DNA of 62,268 bases, counting the filler, from Rhabdomonas costata (Eukaryota): assembly GCA_019059605.1 (NCBI GenBank). It is 26 parts of 26 records of this genome, joined end to end, with 100 filler letters (N's around TTAATTAATTAA, not from the genome) between each part and the next. Parts side by side here need not be neighbours in the genome. Positions count along the whole stretch, not along the records: positions 59,979 to 62,268 come from JAHMHO010004200.1; 25 more parts are not named here. One strand, 5' to 3'. The notes under the pieces are model-generated. The model saw only the letters and a program-made list of their open reading frames with translations, did not search any database and was not told the DNA's origin. Below are positions 62,264-62,268 of the stretch, piece by piece. Position numbers and translations under genes: made by a program. Numbering within the stretch: position 1 is the first letter of the stretch; the number at the start of each line of letters is the position of its first letter.

Positions 62264-62268
62264 CCAAC

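Noticed and set aside
1..62268. Gene-sized, telomere-capped nanochromosomes (G/T and C/A ends, uniform size)
   Set aside because: The tracts have no fixed unit, the polarity is G/T at 5' ends (opposite to telomeres), and the ends cut genes mid-intron or mid-exon. The uniform size most likely reflects length-sorted contigs.

Overview
This window is not one locus. It is a concatenation of 26 unrelated contigs of about 2.3 kb, joined by a 100-nt artificial spacer (44 N + TTAATTAATTAA + 44 N). Most contigs start with G/T-only and end with C/A-only tracts, as expected from degenerate-primer single-cell whole-genome amplification. The DNA comes from an intron-rich flagellate eukaryote with short GC-rich exons and GT-AG or GC-AG introns. 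A euglenid or other euglenozoan is my best inference, based on a LYS4-type homoaconitase, atypical GTNY donors and splice-acceptor-like sites just upstream of start codons. Recognisable gene fragments: homoaconitase, MFS transporter, KCTD-type BTB protein, receiver domain, SAM-methyltransferase-like protein, an intronless PD-(D/E)XK (Uma2/Crinkler-REase-like) nuclease, DRC9/IQCG-like protein, CPT2-like carnitine acyltransferase, TPR/HAT protein, REJ-domain protein, intronless F-box + 27-aa LRR protein, a 5'-nucleotidase fold lacking its His motifs, MAP2K, a PITSIRE CDK and an EGF/laminin-repeat protein. There is also a broken Ty3/gypsy pol and a few repeat remnants. No rRNA, tRNA or CRISPR array was found. 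Gene neighbourhoods cannot be read across the spacers, so no multi-gene system can be claimed. The best leads are the REase, the F-box/LRR gene, the pseudo-nucleotidase and the splicing signals. All calls come from manual motif reading; no database search was run.
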